A DNA stretch of 64,000 nt from Octopus vulgaris (lineage: Eukaryota): NCBI GenBank assembly GCA_951406725.2, contig OX597825.1:87730001-87794000 (forward strand), in the 5' to 3' direction. Of the stretch, positions 51,272 through 64,000 are shown one piece after another (the first letter of the stretch is position 1; each line of letters opens with the position of its first letter). The notes beneath the pieces were generated by a model, which saw nothing but the letters and a program-made list of their open reading frames with translations, was not told where the DNA came from and did no database searches. Made by a program: the position numbers and the translations under genes.

Positions 51272-52289
51272 CATACATATATATACAGATAACTATTCAT
51301 GCACACACACATGCAGACACACAAACACACACTCACACACATATATCGGTGCATATATATATATATATATACACATTCTGAAATGTTTCCGCTAAGGCTT
51401 ACAATAAACTTAAGAACTACACGAAACAACAATAACCAAATTATTTGTACGGAAATGGTTTCCGGAGTGTCAACATCGCCATTGGTTCTCTCTAACTGGC
51501 AAAGGAATAATGGTCGCAACCAGATGGTTGAAGTGGGGAACGGAGTTAATTACGGTGTCAGCCATTGTATGTGATTCGTATGATACTTCCGGTTCGTGTT
51601 TTTGACTTCTTCGTATCACAAGTATATATTTAATGGCGACGCCTTGCCATAAGGAATTGTATAGGAGTCTCCATAAATTTGGAGTAAAGTTATTATTTAT
51701 GGCTGAATAATATCTAGAAATTATTAAAGGGTGTACGAATTTTCGCATATCTCTATTACTGGTATTACATAAATGTAGTCATTTGTACATATTTGTCCTA
51801 TATCCGATACTTGAATATTAAAAGGTGACTTTCTAGAACGATGATTTATCATACTTTAAATTTTCTTCCAGATATTAACGATAATAAGCTGTTGCCTGTC
51901 ACCATTCATTCCAAGTCTTTATGGAAATCAGTGAGCCAATTTTCCTAATTTCCATGTATTCATACCTCTTTCAACAGAAAATCACTCAACGATTTATTAA
52001 TGTTCATATACATTAGTTTCCTTCACACTCATATGCATGTCAAAAAGAGAAAGAGCTGATTTAATTCGCTATAAATGAATATGAATAAAGATAAGTTCAC
52101 CTGTGCGTTCAGACTATACACTTAATTGTATTCAATGTTGGAGGTGTTCCGGATCATGGGAGATTCATTTTTTTTACCTGTAATTATCTTGTTAGACATT
52201 TATCTCTCAACTGTTTAATGATATGAAATTGAAGGTAACTAGAGGACAGATATGCAGAGTTTAAGAGATACTTCAAATGATATTTTATG

Positions 52290-52379
52290 CGCATATATAT
52301 GTATATCTATAAATATATACATATATATGTATCTATCTATATATATTGTATACATATTTATGCATCTATCTATATATAT

Positions 52380-52438
<59 letters not shown>

Positions 52439-52863
52439 ATATAAGTATATATATATATATGTGTGTGTATATATATATATATGTATCTATATGTATTATA
52501 TATATATATATATGTATCTATATATATACAATATATATATATGTATCTATATATACTATATATATATGTATCTATATATATATATATTATATATATGTAT
52601 CTATATATATATATATATATATGTATCTATATATATATATATTATGTATCTATCTATCTATATATACTATATATATATCTATGTATGTATGTATGTATCT
52701 ATCTATCTATCTATCTATATATATATATATATATATATGTATCTATATATCTATATATATATATATATATATATATGTATCTATATAAATATATTATATA
52801 TATGTATCTATATATATTATATATATGTATCTATATAAATATTATATATATATGTAAATATAT

Positions 52864-52917
<54 letters not shown>

Positions 52918-52931
52918 TGTATATGTATGTA

Positions 52932-52964
<33 letters not shown>

Positions 52965-52998
52965 TATGTACATATATATATATATATATACATATATA

Positions 52999-53062
<64 letters not shown>
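52290..53062. repeat. Long degenerate (TA)n/(TATC)n low-complexity tract
   Basis: ~770 bp of almost pure TA-derived repeat; source of the long YI ORFs. Confidence 0.95.
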
Positions 53063-53065
<3 letters not shown>

Positions 53066-55194
53066 TGTATAAAATGTGAAAACCTGTCAGATATGTTCAC
53101 ATATTTATTGCTTTCCATCTGACCTGATGCTGTATACATTCCTGCTGCAAATTTAATTTCGTGTCGACTTTTAATATCTTTCATATGGTTATAATTCTGT
53201 GCATCACGTCATTATCCCTGAAGAAGCATTGAATAGGAAAGTCTGTTAATTTCTTCCAAGCTTGCCATTTTCGTGTCTTCAAAGGTGATTGATAATTTAT
53301 TCCAAGGCTACAACGTAGATAAAACCAAGTCAGGAAATACAATTACGGCAAAAAGTATTTTCTAATATGATTAAGCGAATTGAGTTTTTGATTAATTGCA
53401 AACCTGTATTGTGACGTCAGCATAAATCTCGTAGTTGACAATAGAAGTACAACTCTTTCAAATTGGTTTCCATTTGGTATATTTGTTATCGTAATATTAC
53501 TATTGAAACCAGCAATATAGAGCACCGATGAAAATATATCTAGAAATATTCACCCACCCCCACCCCGCAATCTCTAACCTTCCTCTTATTTCTCTGTGTG
53601 TGTGTATGTATACATACACTCACTGATATTACTGCTACTACTCCATTTTGCGAGTGCATTCAACGCGCAGCCCAATGTGTCTGTGTTGCATTACTTTTGT
53701 TTGGTAAGGTTTTCTCCTCTATTAAAACTCTCCTCAAAATAAGATTCGATGAAAAATGTTACGATTCTAAGTTTGAGAGTAAGCGTTTTTTTTTCTTCAT
53801 TATGCCTGCTGTTCCTGTATTCATTTGTCTGAAGTGTTGGGCAAGAGTAGCATTTTCACAATACAACCTTATTGGGCGTTACTGGTCATAAATGAAGGTT
53901 AGATGTAATTAAATTTCATTTTTATATTGTTTCACCTGAACTGACTAAAGTGAATACAGGAATCAGTCCTGTTCTGGTTTCAGTTTGTGCTTGCTTATTA
54001 ATGTTAATCAAGATATTTTACATAAGGTCTTCGGATATGCAGGGCTCCTACCCAGTTACATTCCTGCTATATTTTTGCCGATCAGTTCTAAACGCCATAA
54101 TTAGAATTGTTCCCGTTTGCGTACTTACTTTTGTTCAAACAGTTAACCTCGAATTGAGAATATCATAAAGATAATTAATTACTGATACATTTAAATTAGT
54201 CAGGTCTATTAGCTTAGTTTTTGCGTTACCTCTTAACAATTAAAGTAAACCATCGATACTGCTCCTTCCTCTCTCTTTCTTTCATCTATATATTATGTAC
54301 TCTGTTTAGCTAATTAATTTTGCGATATTTGATTCTGTGTTTCGTTTAATTAAAAAAAAAATTGATTATTTTACCTAACTTGATGTTTGGTTATGTTTTT
54401 ATTTTCTATTTTATTGTTTTCACTTTTAGGTTCTTTGGAACCTGTCTCTCAACTGAACGTCGCACCATTTCCTAAAATAAGCACACGTGTGGTATTGATT
54501 TGATAATCCTTCTTTTGCACCGTTGCCTCTTACTGTTGGGCTCTTTATGTTTTGATAAACACTTCCCTAAAGATGAGCGACAATAAAATATATCGTAATG
54601 AACTTCTAAGTTCGGTCCATAGATTCCGCCCTTCCAGAAAATATATGATATACCAAATGTATATTTCCCTTTCCATGTGTCTTTTATTTCAACATAATTA
54701 TATTCTTTTCAGTTATTGGCATTGTCGTAAAAATTACAGTAATTGCTAGAAGACACATTTCGTTTTGCAACTATAACATAAAACCGATTTTAAAGATTTA
54801 CAATTCAATATTGAGCTTTTGTGATAAGAGTGCAATGTTCTTATTTGGAAGTTTCTCTCTAGAAATGATCCATAGAGTCCAGAGCCTGTACGGAATGCTA
54901 CGATGCTTTGTATGCGATGACGTGTCTGCAATCAAGGAGATCGGGGAGAGAAGAATTAGGCAATGGATGTCTGTGCATATTTAATTGCTTTTCGAGAGGC
55001 ACAGCTGAGCTGACTAGAAAGGTAATACGTCTAAAACGAAAAGCTCAAGCCAATATTTATCTCACTCTTTTACGGTTTTTGCTCCATCGACTGAGTTTGA
55101 GTTTTAGTTTGTCTCTTAATGAAGTTTATTGGCTTTTCTTCACTACAGACTCAGACAAATCAGTTCCCACAAAACTTCATAGACAGTATTATCT

Positions 55195-55435
55195 TTTATC
55201 GTTTACTCGTTGCAGTTATTGGGCTGAAGCCATGCTGGGGCATCGCCTTGAAGAAGTTTTATTCGAACAAATCGATCCCAGTATACTTTTCTTGCTTTAA
55301 AGCTCCGTATGTTTCGGGGACGTAAACACACTGACACTCGAGGTTAAAGAAGCCGACTTTCCCATTGTATTCTGCAAAACCACTGAACCGGAAAACATGT
55401 TTTTGGCAAGCAAACTTCTTACTACATAGTCCTGC
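55195..55435 (-). mobile_element. SINE family A, deleted copy
   Basis: gccatgctggggcatcgccttgaag..cgaacaaatcgatccca..ggggacgtaaacaca..actgaaccggaaaacatg..ggcaagcaaacttcttac. Confidence 0.75.
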
Positions 55436-55539
55436 AAGTATATCTAAGAAAGTTGATTTATAGTCGCCTAATTACGCCTGGGGTCCTGGAAATGTTCAGA
55501 TCTCGCTCACCCCGCCGGATGGTTTGTTACTATTAGCTT

Positions 55540-55960
55540 TAGAGCAAGAGTATGAAATAGACATATAGAGGGTGTAAGGAAAAAATGGCAAAATGTGGAA
55601 CCTCAAGCCTAAAATAATACCGGCTGTCATAGGTGCCCTAGGAATGATAGCAAAAGGGGCTGACTCCTACCTAGCTATAGATCAGGTACCAGGAAACCCC
55701 CAAATGGCAGAAATTCAAAACATAGAGATCACGGTAACTGCTCATATCCTACATAAAATACAATCTATGTAATCTCAAGTATTAAAACAAACTCATAATT
55801 TTCTTATTTTCGTAAACATTCTCCAGAACAATACTTAGTGCAAAACCAAATATATGACACGCTAGGCATGACATCAACTTGAAATTCTAACTTGTTGTGT
55901 CTTGAGGTCTTGGAGTGAGACTTAGAGCCAACTTGTATAAATACAAAGCGAAATTCAAAC

Positions 55961-56025
<65 letters not shown>
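55540..56025 (+). mobile_element. R4/Dong LINE 3' end with UTR and (TAA)n tail
   Basis: KMWNLKPKIIPAVIGALGMIAKGADSYL..PGNPQMAEIQ..TAHIL, then 3' UTR and a long (TAA)n. Confidence 0.88.
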
Positions 56026-56028
<3 letters not shown>

Positions 56029-56399
56029 GGCCTGATGCAATACCAGGCATTGGCTCTCATGTCTTCTGATCTTAACTGATTCTCCACCCCGAATGACAAC
56101 TAATTTTGTTTCGGGGTAGATTTCAAGTTCAAAATATCACCTTACTCATCCAATATCATCCCGAGATACTGGATGTTAAGCAACTTAGGCACAAATAAAC
56201 GACAGATCCGAAAACTTTTCCTCTCTTCACGTTTCAAATCGAACCCCAATTATCTTTCAAGCAATTTACTGCCTGTGCAGTAACCTCAGATTTTCGATCT
56301 GTGTGTTCTTATTTTTCAGACTCTTAAAGGTCGCAGTTCATTTTATGACCTGATCTTTATCGCCAGGTGGCAGCACGAGATTACCAAGCATTTATTCTT

Positions 56400-56777
56400 T
56401 CTTTTATATGCTTCAGTCATTTGACTGCGGCCGTGCTGGAGCACCGTCATGAAGGGTTTTAGACGGGTAAATCGAACCCAGGACTTTTCTTTTTAAGCTC
56501 GGTACTTATTCTATCGGTGTCTTGTGCCGAACCGCTAAGACACGGGGACGTAAACATACCAACAACGCTTGTAAAGCTGTGATGCGGCACAAACGTTGAC
56601 GCAGAAACACACACATATATATGACAGCTTTTCTTTTCTGTTTCCGTCTATCAAGTCCACTCACAAAGACTTTGGTCGGCCCAAGGCTATAGTAGAAGAC
56701 ACTTGCTCAAGATGCCACGTAGACTGCACCCGGAACCATGCTGTTGAGAAGCAAACTTCTGACCACGCAGCCACGCG
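56400..56777 (-). mobile_element. SINE family A copy
   Basis: ttcagtcatttgactgcggccgtgctggagcacc..tttccgtctatcaagtccactcacaaagactttggtcggcccaaggctatagtagaagacacttgc..cccggaaccatg. Confidence 0.9.
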
Positions 56778-57799
56778 ATGCAAATATTGAAGAAAATCTA
56801 TGTCGAAAGAATGTTCCACCCATTTCCGTTGGATTTCTTGTCGGTGCTGCCCCGGTTGTTGTTGTTGTTGTTGTTGTGAAGGATGTGTTTTCGTTTTCCT
56901 AGTCAAAAATTTTCCCCTGTTTCTCCTAAGAAAGGTTATTGTTGTCATTAATGTTGCTGTCGCTGTTGTTGCTGCGATCCTGCTCGGTGCTGCTGATGCT
57001 GCTCGCAGTGGAATTGGCGGCGGCGGCGGTGGTGGCGGTAGCCTTGTTGTTTGTGATGTTGGCGATGGTGTTGATCTTTGCACTCTTGTAGCATCGCTAA
57101 CGGGTGAGACGCCATCGCCCTTTTTCTTCGTCGACGCATCACTCTCCTCCCTCTCTCCTCTTCTTTCAACTGTCATCTCCAGTCATTTGCAAATTCTGAC
57201 ATTAAATACCTGTTATAATCATAAAATTCCGAGGCGGAATGTGACATATTCAACAGATCTTAGTAATTCATTGACACACAATACCTTTAATACGCCTATC
57301 TGTAATTTCATTAATGCATCACTTGGCAAAATTTGTCTGTTCTTGTTTGTTTATTTTGCTTGCTGTACGATCAAATAGTCGAATCGTTTTGTTAAGCGGC
57401 CGTTAGTGTATTTTTTCTATGTTCATCTCTTTAATGTCCTTTGTTTTTGGCGATGGTATTTTCAGTTAATTTATTGGAGCTCAATGGCAACATTTCTTCT
57501 TATTGGTTTGGGGCGGATACCACAATTACAGTAAGAGTCTCCATATTTGCAAACAAACCTCCAAAGAGACAACTTAGTATTGAGAAAAATACGATTTTGT
57601 TTTCATTATGTCAATAGGATTTAAAATCTTACGGTATCCAAAATATCTTCTGAATAAGTCCAGAGAACAATTTCCTCCATTTTGATTTTATTAACTAAAA
57701 TCATTGCAGCTGGCCGTAAAGGCGTCTTGCCATAATAATAATAAAAATAATAATAAAAATAATAATAATAACAATAATAATAATAATCTTCATTAGTTC

Positions 57800-58140
57800 T
57801 TATGCCGTAAATACCAATATGACGTAACAGAACTGGTATGAGGATGTACCATGTAAAGTTATGCAAGAGGAACGAAAAGTAACGATGCTCTAAGTCAATG
57901 ATTTTCAGACGGATCGTGTAATCGGACACCCTCGGTCAGATATTGTCATCTTGAATAAGAGAGACAAATACAGTCAGATCATTGATGTAGCCATACCAAA
58001 TGACATGACTAATAATAATAACGGCTGAAATGAAGACGGATGAAGCATAAGATCAAGCATTAAGGACTAATTGGATAATAGCCAAGATGGACAGAATCTA
58101 AGTAGATTCCCAATGTAGGTTATGCAAATCAAAAGATATG
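57800..58140 (+). mobile_element. R4/Dong LINE fragments between (TAA)n tracts
   Basis: QTDRVIGHPRSDIVILNK..IIDVAIPND and DQALRTNWIIAKMD..DSQCRLCK. Confidence 0.8.
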
Positions 58141-58149
58141 TGCATCTCT

Positions 58150-59060
58150 AATCACGAGCAGAAGCAGTAAGGGAGCATCATAGCCGTGTGTTGAGAGGAA
58201 TTGTTTCGAGTCTGAATAATGCACCTTTGGAAATATTGGTGTTTTGTTCATCATTCTTAAAGAGACCTTATTCAGGTTCATTTTGATGGAATGGGTTTTT
58301 CGACCTGAATAAAATTCTCATTGGGCCCCACCTACAAGGTCACACTCTGCTTATCTTCATATCAGATCACCAAATCACGCACATATAGTTGTGATGCATG
58401 TGCCCAGTGTACCCTTATCAAATAGGTAATCATGGTGGGTGTATTGGGCTTCATATATTTTCACCCGAGGGTCACTTTGATGGTAAACAGTATTAATAAT
58501 AAGAATAATAATAATACTACTACTACTAATAATAATGCTCTGATGCAGTTCCAACCAGTGGCTCTCATGGCTTCTGATCTTCATTGATTGGAAGTGCTAT
58601 GATGTACATGTTTTGTCTTAGTTAAAAAGATGGGTTACAGCGAATAGTTTTGTTTGTTGGTTGCTTGACCATAACAAGCTGAGCATTTCTCTTGGTGGCT
58701 GACCCTATGTGTATCTTGATGACTCTCAGGTGTAGTGGGTGAGTATCGTAGCTATGAGTCGAGAATAATTCTTTTGAATTTAAGTATTTTTCCCCTTGAA
58801 ACATCATCTTCAAAGAACTTTTATTCAGGAACTTTTGAGCGGGATGGACAATTCGACCTGAAGAAAATCCCAACTTGGCTCAACCTTTAAGGTCATGCGC
58901 TATTTATCTTAATATGAGATTACCATGACGTGCACATGGGGTTGTGATACATGTGCCTGAGGTACCCCCACTAGACAGATATGCATGTTGGCTGTATTGG
59001 ACCTGATAAATTTATTTTACAGTATCACATTGATTGTATGCGCTGCTTTCCCACTTAGTA
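58150..59060. repeat. Two adjacent copies of an unclassified interspersed repeat (partial third at ~56030-56080)
   Basis: Shared blocks catatagttgtgatgcatgtgcccagtgtaccc / catggggttgtgatacatgtgcctgaggtaccc; ggctctcatg(g/t)cttctgatctt at ~58560 and ~56052. Confidence 0.6.
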
Positions 59061-60415
59061 ATAATGATGATGATGAATCACAATTCCAGCAAAGCCCGAA
59101 ACATCAATCATCTGGTAATCCTGTGGGTTGTGTCTTCCTAACTGCCATCTGTTGGCAGAGTCGAAGCAATCAACATTCATCAAATTTGCCAGAGGGTGAC
59201 ACTACTTTTTCTTTGGAAACTTCTTCAGAATGAATATGAAATGAAAACCATCGTATTCCACACATTATCAAATAAACCTGATTATACCTCATTCTATTTT
59301 GCCACCAGTGGCATTTTAATTAAATAAGTCAAGCTCCTGTGCAGTTTTATATGTGAAAGTAAAAACAAAGGACAATTAAAAAACGATGGTGATTAGCTTC
59401 ACACAAAACTACAGATATTAAATATTCTCATTATTTCACATTAATATTTCTAGGATGATTAATAAAAACGGAAATAATGAAATGGCTTATATTTCTACAG
59501 ACAAGACCTATTTTATTAATATTCCATGGAGTAAATGCCCCTGGGATAGCAGTAGCCAAGTCACATTTTCCATGACCTTAATAATTTATCTAATTAGTTA
59601 ACAAATGAAATATACAAAATAATCATGTTTTTTAGTCTATACATAACTATTTTTATTAAGCAGTCAGTAAAGTGTTTTGGCTGACTGCGACACAATTATA
59701 GAAAGCATTTTACGTTGTTAATTGATATTGGCAAAATGGATCCACTCTACCACGATCAATAAGAAAAAATATTTTAAATAATATACACTTTGGTATATTA
59801 CACTGTTTGTGAGTAATTTACTTAGTCCACACCAAGAAGCTAAGGCAGGCGACATAATACAAACCCCTGCTACTTGATAGAGCTTCTCATATTTCCTGCA
59901 TGCGTCTCTTAAACTTCATTTAAAGTGGTAAAAGACGCACTTACGGACCTAAAAGTTGCTTTTAACGGCGGAAACAATATCTTATAATAATTCTTCTTGT
60001 CGTTGCGTTACTTAACCCGTCGGTAAAGCCTTCATGTGAGTAGAGAAAAAAAGGGGGAAGAAAAGAGAGAGAAAGAGGACAAGGGGAAAAGTGAGGAAGA
60101 AAGATTAAGAGGGAGAGAGAAAAGCTGGAGAGAGAAGCGTCCATGACATGTGGTGGTGGGACAGTAATATCTATTACGTGGTTGAAAATGTTAGTTGAAG
60201 GTAGTGATATAGAAGAGACTTAGGAATATAATTTTAGCAGAGGAGTGATGTTCTGATGGTGAGATTAAAGACATGCAGAGAGAGAGAGAGAGGGAGAAAG
60301 AGAGAGCAAGAGATAGAGAGAGATAGAGATTATGGTGGTGGTGATATTGATGGGGTGGGGACGGTGAGTGCATAGTAAAATATATTTTTCTCTTATATCT
60401 CCTATCACTTAAAGC

Positions 60416-60695
60416 ATGCGCATCCCAAACTTGTCATTCGCATCAGAACGAAATCAGTTTCCCGTTCACCTGACATATGCAATGATTATCAATAAATCAC
60501 AAGAGCAGACATTTGATAAAGTGGGGTTGTTCTTGGTGAACCTGTATTCATTCATTGTCAGTTATATGTTGCATTCTCAAGGGCTCGCAAATTATCTGAT
60601 GAGAAAGTTAAATTTATCAGCACTGACAAACAAGGGGAAAGATGAGGGAGAACACACACAAAGAACATAGTTTGCAAAGAAGTATTGGATTGAAA
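60416..60695 (+). mobile_element. Helitron PIF1-helicase C-terminal fragment
   Basis: NLSFASERNQFPVHLTYAMIINKSQEQTFDKVGLFL..EPVFIHCQLYVAFSR (cf. QFPVRLAFAMTINKSQGQT..HGQLYVAFSR). Confidence 0.9.
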
Positions 60696-61976
60696 GGTGG
60701 ACGCAAATGTGTATTGACTCTGACCCATCGCCTTCGCTTATAAGTTAGCAACGTTGTGATTTTCAGAGTATGCTATGTTGCATTAAATTTTTACCTCCGT
60801 GAAATTCTTACACCTATATTTTACATATAAAGTAATTTCTTTCGCTATAGATTTTTTTGTTTTCTAGATATGAAATTTTCTTATCTTTATGGGAAAAATG
60901 GATAAATAAGAGCGAATGTTTATTTTATAAGTGTTGTGTATGAAATCTATAAAATCGTGCCTGAAGTATAATAAAATATATATATAAAGTGCATTATGTA
61001 ATCATCGTATTCCTGTTTCCTTCACTTTTCGATGTATAGCAGATGATTGACTCATCTTTTGATACAGACACTACACTGGCTACGCTTTCAGGTTTTTTGG
61101 ATAAAGTTTTCAAGAACAACCGAATAGGGTTACTATTAATTCCGTGAAGTAGTCATTAGTCTCACTAGTTGAAATACATTGTGGAATAGATTTATTCATT
61201 AAACAAGTAAAAGTATACTGAAGGTTTAATGTTCAACAGACAAATTGGGTCAGACGGATCCCTTAATATTCAGTAGGACAGAGAGAAGATGGTAAATCAG
61301 GCCTTAATATTAAATAGGAGACAGAGACAGTGCAAAGAATGGTGCCCTAGATATGAGACAAACAAAAGTAAAGAGATTTGGGAAGTCTTAAATATAGAAG
61401 ACAAACGGAGAAAATATGATAAATGGCGGTTTTAGTAGTATGCAATAGGAAATAAAGAGAGTGAAGTTTATAGACGGAAGAATGTAAGGAAGCGTGGAGT
61501 TGGAAATTTTAATTATATTCAAGCATTTTAATTTGCAATTATTCAAACAAATAGAAAGTTAAAATGTTATATTATAAGAACAAAATCGAAAATTTAAGCA
61601 AATATTATAACATTTAATATCCGAATTATTCTATAAAGATATCTTTTTAGAAATGTAGCCATACTAATAGCTTTTGTTAAAAAAAATTATTTTTTAATAT
61701 TTGTTAAACAAATACAGCATTCTTAGATACACAGAACGTGACTGCTTTATTATATTTCGATTATTCATTAGAATAGTTCAATTATATTTGAAGATTAATG
61801 TTTATGGATATTTGTGAGGCAATTGTAATGAAAGTTTGAAGTGATGAATTAAAATTGGCTGTGCCAAGAAGGAAGACCGTATCATAGCTTTCCCTCAGCA
61901 CGGCCGGGTAGACCGAGGAACGTAGACTATTCTTTACATAGAATTCATCTGAAATTCAAAATGATTAGATATGCTA

Positions 61977-62653
61977 CGAGGTGGAGTCAAAAGTTATCTG
62001 CACTTTCGCCATAACATCACTGCCTTCTACGCATGCGTGCTTATAGTTGGTAGTATTGTTGTCACCTGATCGATGTTTGAGCCTGATCGCGCCAGTTTTC
62101 ATTTTGGTTTTACAAGCGTAAGCATGGCCGCCAGCAATGTGGACCAAAGGAGAACAAAGAGCAGTGATCCGATTTCTCTGGAAAAGGGTTTACGATTAAC
62201 AATGCAAGATGCAGTGCTTTGCTGGCCAAGAAGCTGAAGCCAGGAATTAGCACCAAATGCCGAAGCCTATTCTTGAAGAAAGTTTTGTTGTTGCATGACA
62301 ATGCGCACCCACACACAGCCAACCAGACACCATTAACCAACTCGGTCTTGAGATGCTGGAGCACCCTGCCTGCATCCCACGTCGCAACCCTTCTGACTGT
62401 CATATCTTTGGACTGCTCAAAAATGGTTTACGAGATCGATTTCCTACGGATGATGTGAAGGAAGCGGTGCCTAAATGGTTGCACGACCAACCGAAAAACT
62501 TCTTGCAGGGAATATGTAAGCTCGTGAACCGCTGGACCAAGTACATCAAAAAGAAAGGAGACTTTATAGAAAAATGACGTACTTGTTTATCTTCCGCTTT
62601 TATGTAAATACATTGAAAAAGCACGAGTGCGTATAATTTTTGGCCCTCCCTCG
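61977..62653 (+). mobile_element. Internally deleted mariner element with both TIRs and TA TSD
   Basis: TA-cgaggtggagtcaaaagttatctgcact ... agtgcgtataatttttggccctccctcg-TA; EQRAVIRFLW joined to LLLHDNAHPH and HP..PSDCHIFGLLK..RWTKYI..GDFIEK. Confidence 0.92.
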
Positions 62654-63099
62654 TAGTTTCATAGCCTGAGAAAATCACCGTTAAACCGCTCTTATGGATA
62701 TTATGAAATCTCGTCAGAGTTCATTGTTATACATAACATGCACCATTATAAAGAAGAAAATTACGGAAGCCAGAGAAAATCCACGTCACATAAGAATGAA
62801 TTGGTCGCTCAGCTTCCACGAAAAACCTTATTCTTTTCCCTGTTCTTTTATCTTATATTATTACTGACAATTGTTGATTCGGATATTCTTGGCACAAATG
62901 ACGTAGCATTTCACCCTCGGGTTACCATCTTCGTATCACACTAGTTCTAGAGCTGAATATACTTATACACACTCACACAACCACTTGATTACACACGGAC
63001 ACTCAAACACTCACACACTCTCATGTACGTATTTGCGTTTTTTCTGAGTGTCTTGGTTCTTCCTTGCTGTGGGTTTGGTTTGTTAACATTTCCAATATT

Positions 63100-63505
63100 T
63101 TATCGTTATAAGAGTCCTTGTCCATGATTACTATCACCCCACCCCCTTATCGGCTTCTTTTCGGATGATTTTGTCAGTCTTCGGTGTTTGTAAGGCTTTC
63201 TTTTCTTCTTTACGTAGGGTTTGCTTGCATTTGTAGGTATTTAGGGTATTTGTGGGTATTTAGGGGAAATCGTGTCTATATACGCGTCTAAATATTTCTC
63301 CTTTCCCTTGTAGGGGGTGAAGTGGGAATTAATTCCGGCTATTGATTCATCATTTAAATCTTTATTGTTGAAGAATTCTATAAGTCGGAGGTGAAGGTTG
63401 AAGTGTTCAGTATCGGATTTCAGTTCAATGAGATTAGGGGTGGGTGTCGGGGTAAACTTGAAACCTTTTAATAAGAGGTTTATCTCATTCTTGTTGAGGT
63501 TCCTA
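63100..63505 (-). mobile_element. Penelope-like element, RT N-terminal fragment
   Basis: [37 protein letters not shown] and IIRKEADKG, hallmark PLE motifs (LxKGLxFxPTP, IKxADKG). Confidence 0.85.
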
Positions 63506-63509
63506 TATA

Positions 63510-63551
<42 letters not shown>

Positions 63552-63624
63552 CATATGTATGTATGTATCTATCTATATCATATATATATATATATATATA
63601 TACATATATATATAAATAGATGGA

Positions 63625-63772
63625 TACACCGGAGCTCTTTCAGTATCCGTCTACCAAACCCACTCATAGGTTTCGGTCAAACCGACACTATTGCATAAGA
63701 CACGCCATGTGACTGAACCCGGAACCATGTGGTTGGGAAGCAAATTTTTTACCACACGGCTACGCTTGCACC
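63625..63772 (-). mobile_element. SINE family A 5' half
   Basis: tttcagtatccgtctaccaaacccactcatagg..gactgaacccggaaccatgtggttgggaagcaaa..accacacggctac. Confidence 0.85.
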
Positions 63773-64000
63773 TATATTTATGTACATATACACCTATAGA
63801 TTAATATATGTGAATACGCACACAGATACACACGAACAGCCACACCCCATATATATGTATGTGCGTGAAAATTCTGAACAGTAATTAAACGAACATAATG
63901 AAAGCATTAATTGCAAACTGGTTGTACGTTGTAGTCTAAAAGTTCCAACGATCGGGCAGTTTTGGCTAAATACAGTCAATAGTAAGTGTCTGGACTAAAG

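Noticed and set aside
54430-54510. Polypyrimidine tract plus ttttag acceptor-like site
   Set aside because: Frames close quickly and no partner exon or recognisable peptide was found.
61255-61410. Loose ~45-bp periodicity (ccttaatatt..agacagag)
   Set aside because: Too degenerate to define a unit; not a CRISPR-like or satellite array.
62660-62722. Hammerhead-like 3' half gaaatctcgtcagag
   Set aside because: No intact CUGANGA box or stem I partner upstream; at most a decayed relic.

Overview
AT-rich, microsatellite-dense eukaryotic DNA. The SINE families and repeat landscape look like an octopod cephalopod (Octopus-like) genome; this is my recognition, not a database match. I found no intact host protein-coding gene, and most of the ORF track is translated microsatellite (YI/CV/HT/II runs). 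The window is mostly decayed transposons: a ~3.8 kb Helitron Rep-helicase relic (minus strand, 5.5-9.3 kb), two long RTE-clade LINEs, several R4/Dong LINE pieces in (TAA)n arrays, Penelope-like fragments, Tc1/mariner relics, a MITE, a clean non-autonomous Helitron and ~15 tRNA-derived SINEs of four families. Four structures stand out: (1) a young RTE LINE with a 5' inversion matching twin-priming geometry, inserted in a (TA)n tract; (2) a minimal type I hammerhead ribozyme in a probable Penelope-like terminal region; (3) at least five fold-back inverted duplications of otherwise unique DNA next to (CA)n/(TG)n or (TA)n microsatellites; (4) a ~2.5 kb old palindrome with ~700 bp arms. Faint motif-level relics of GPCR and beta-1,3-galactosyltransferase genes may be present but are weakly supported. 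All alignments and mismatch counts were done by eye.
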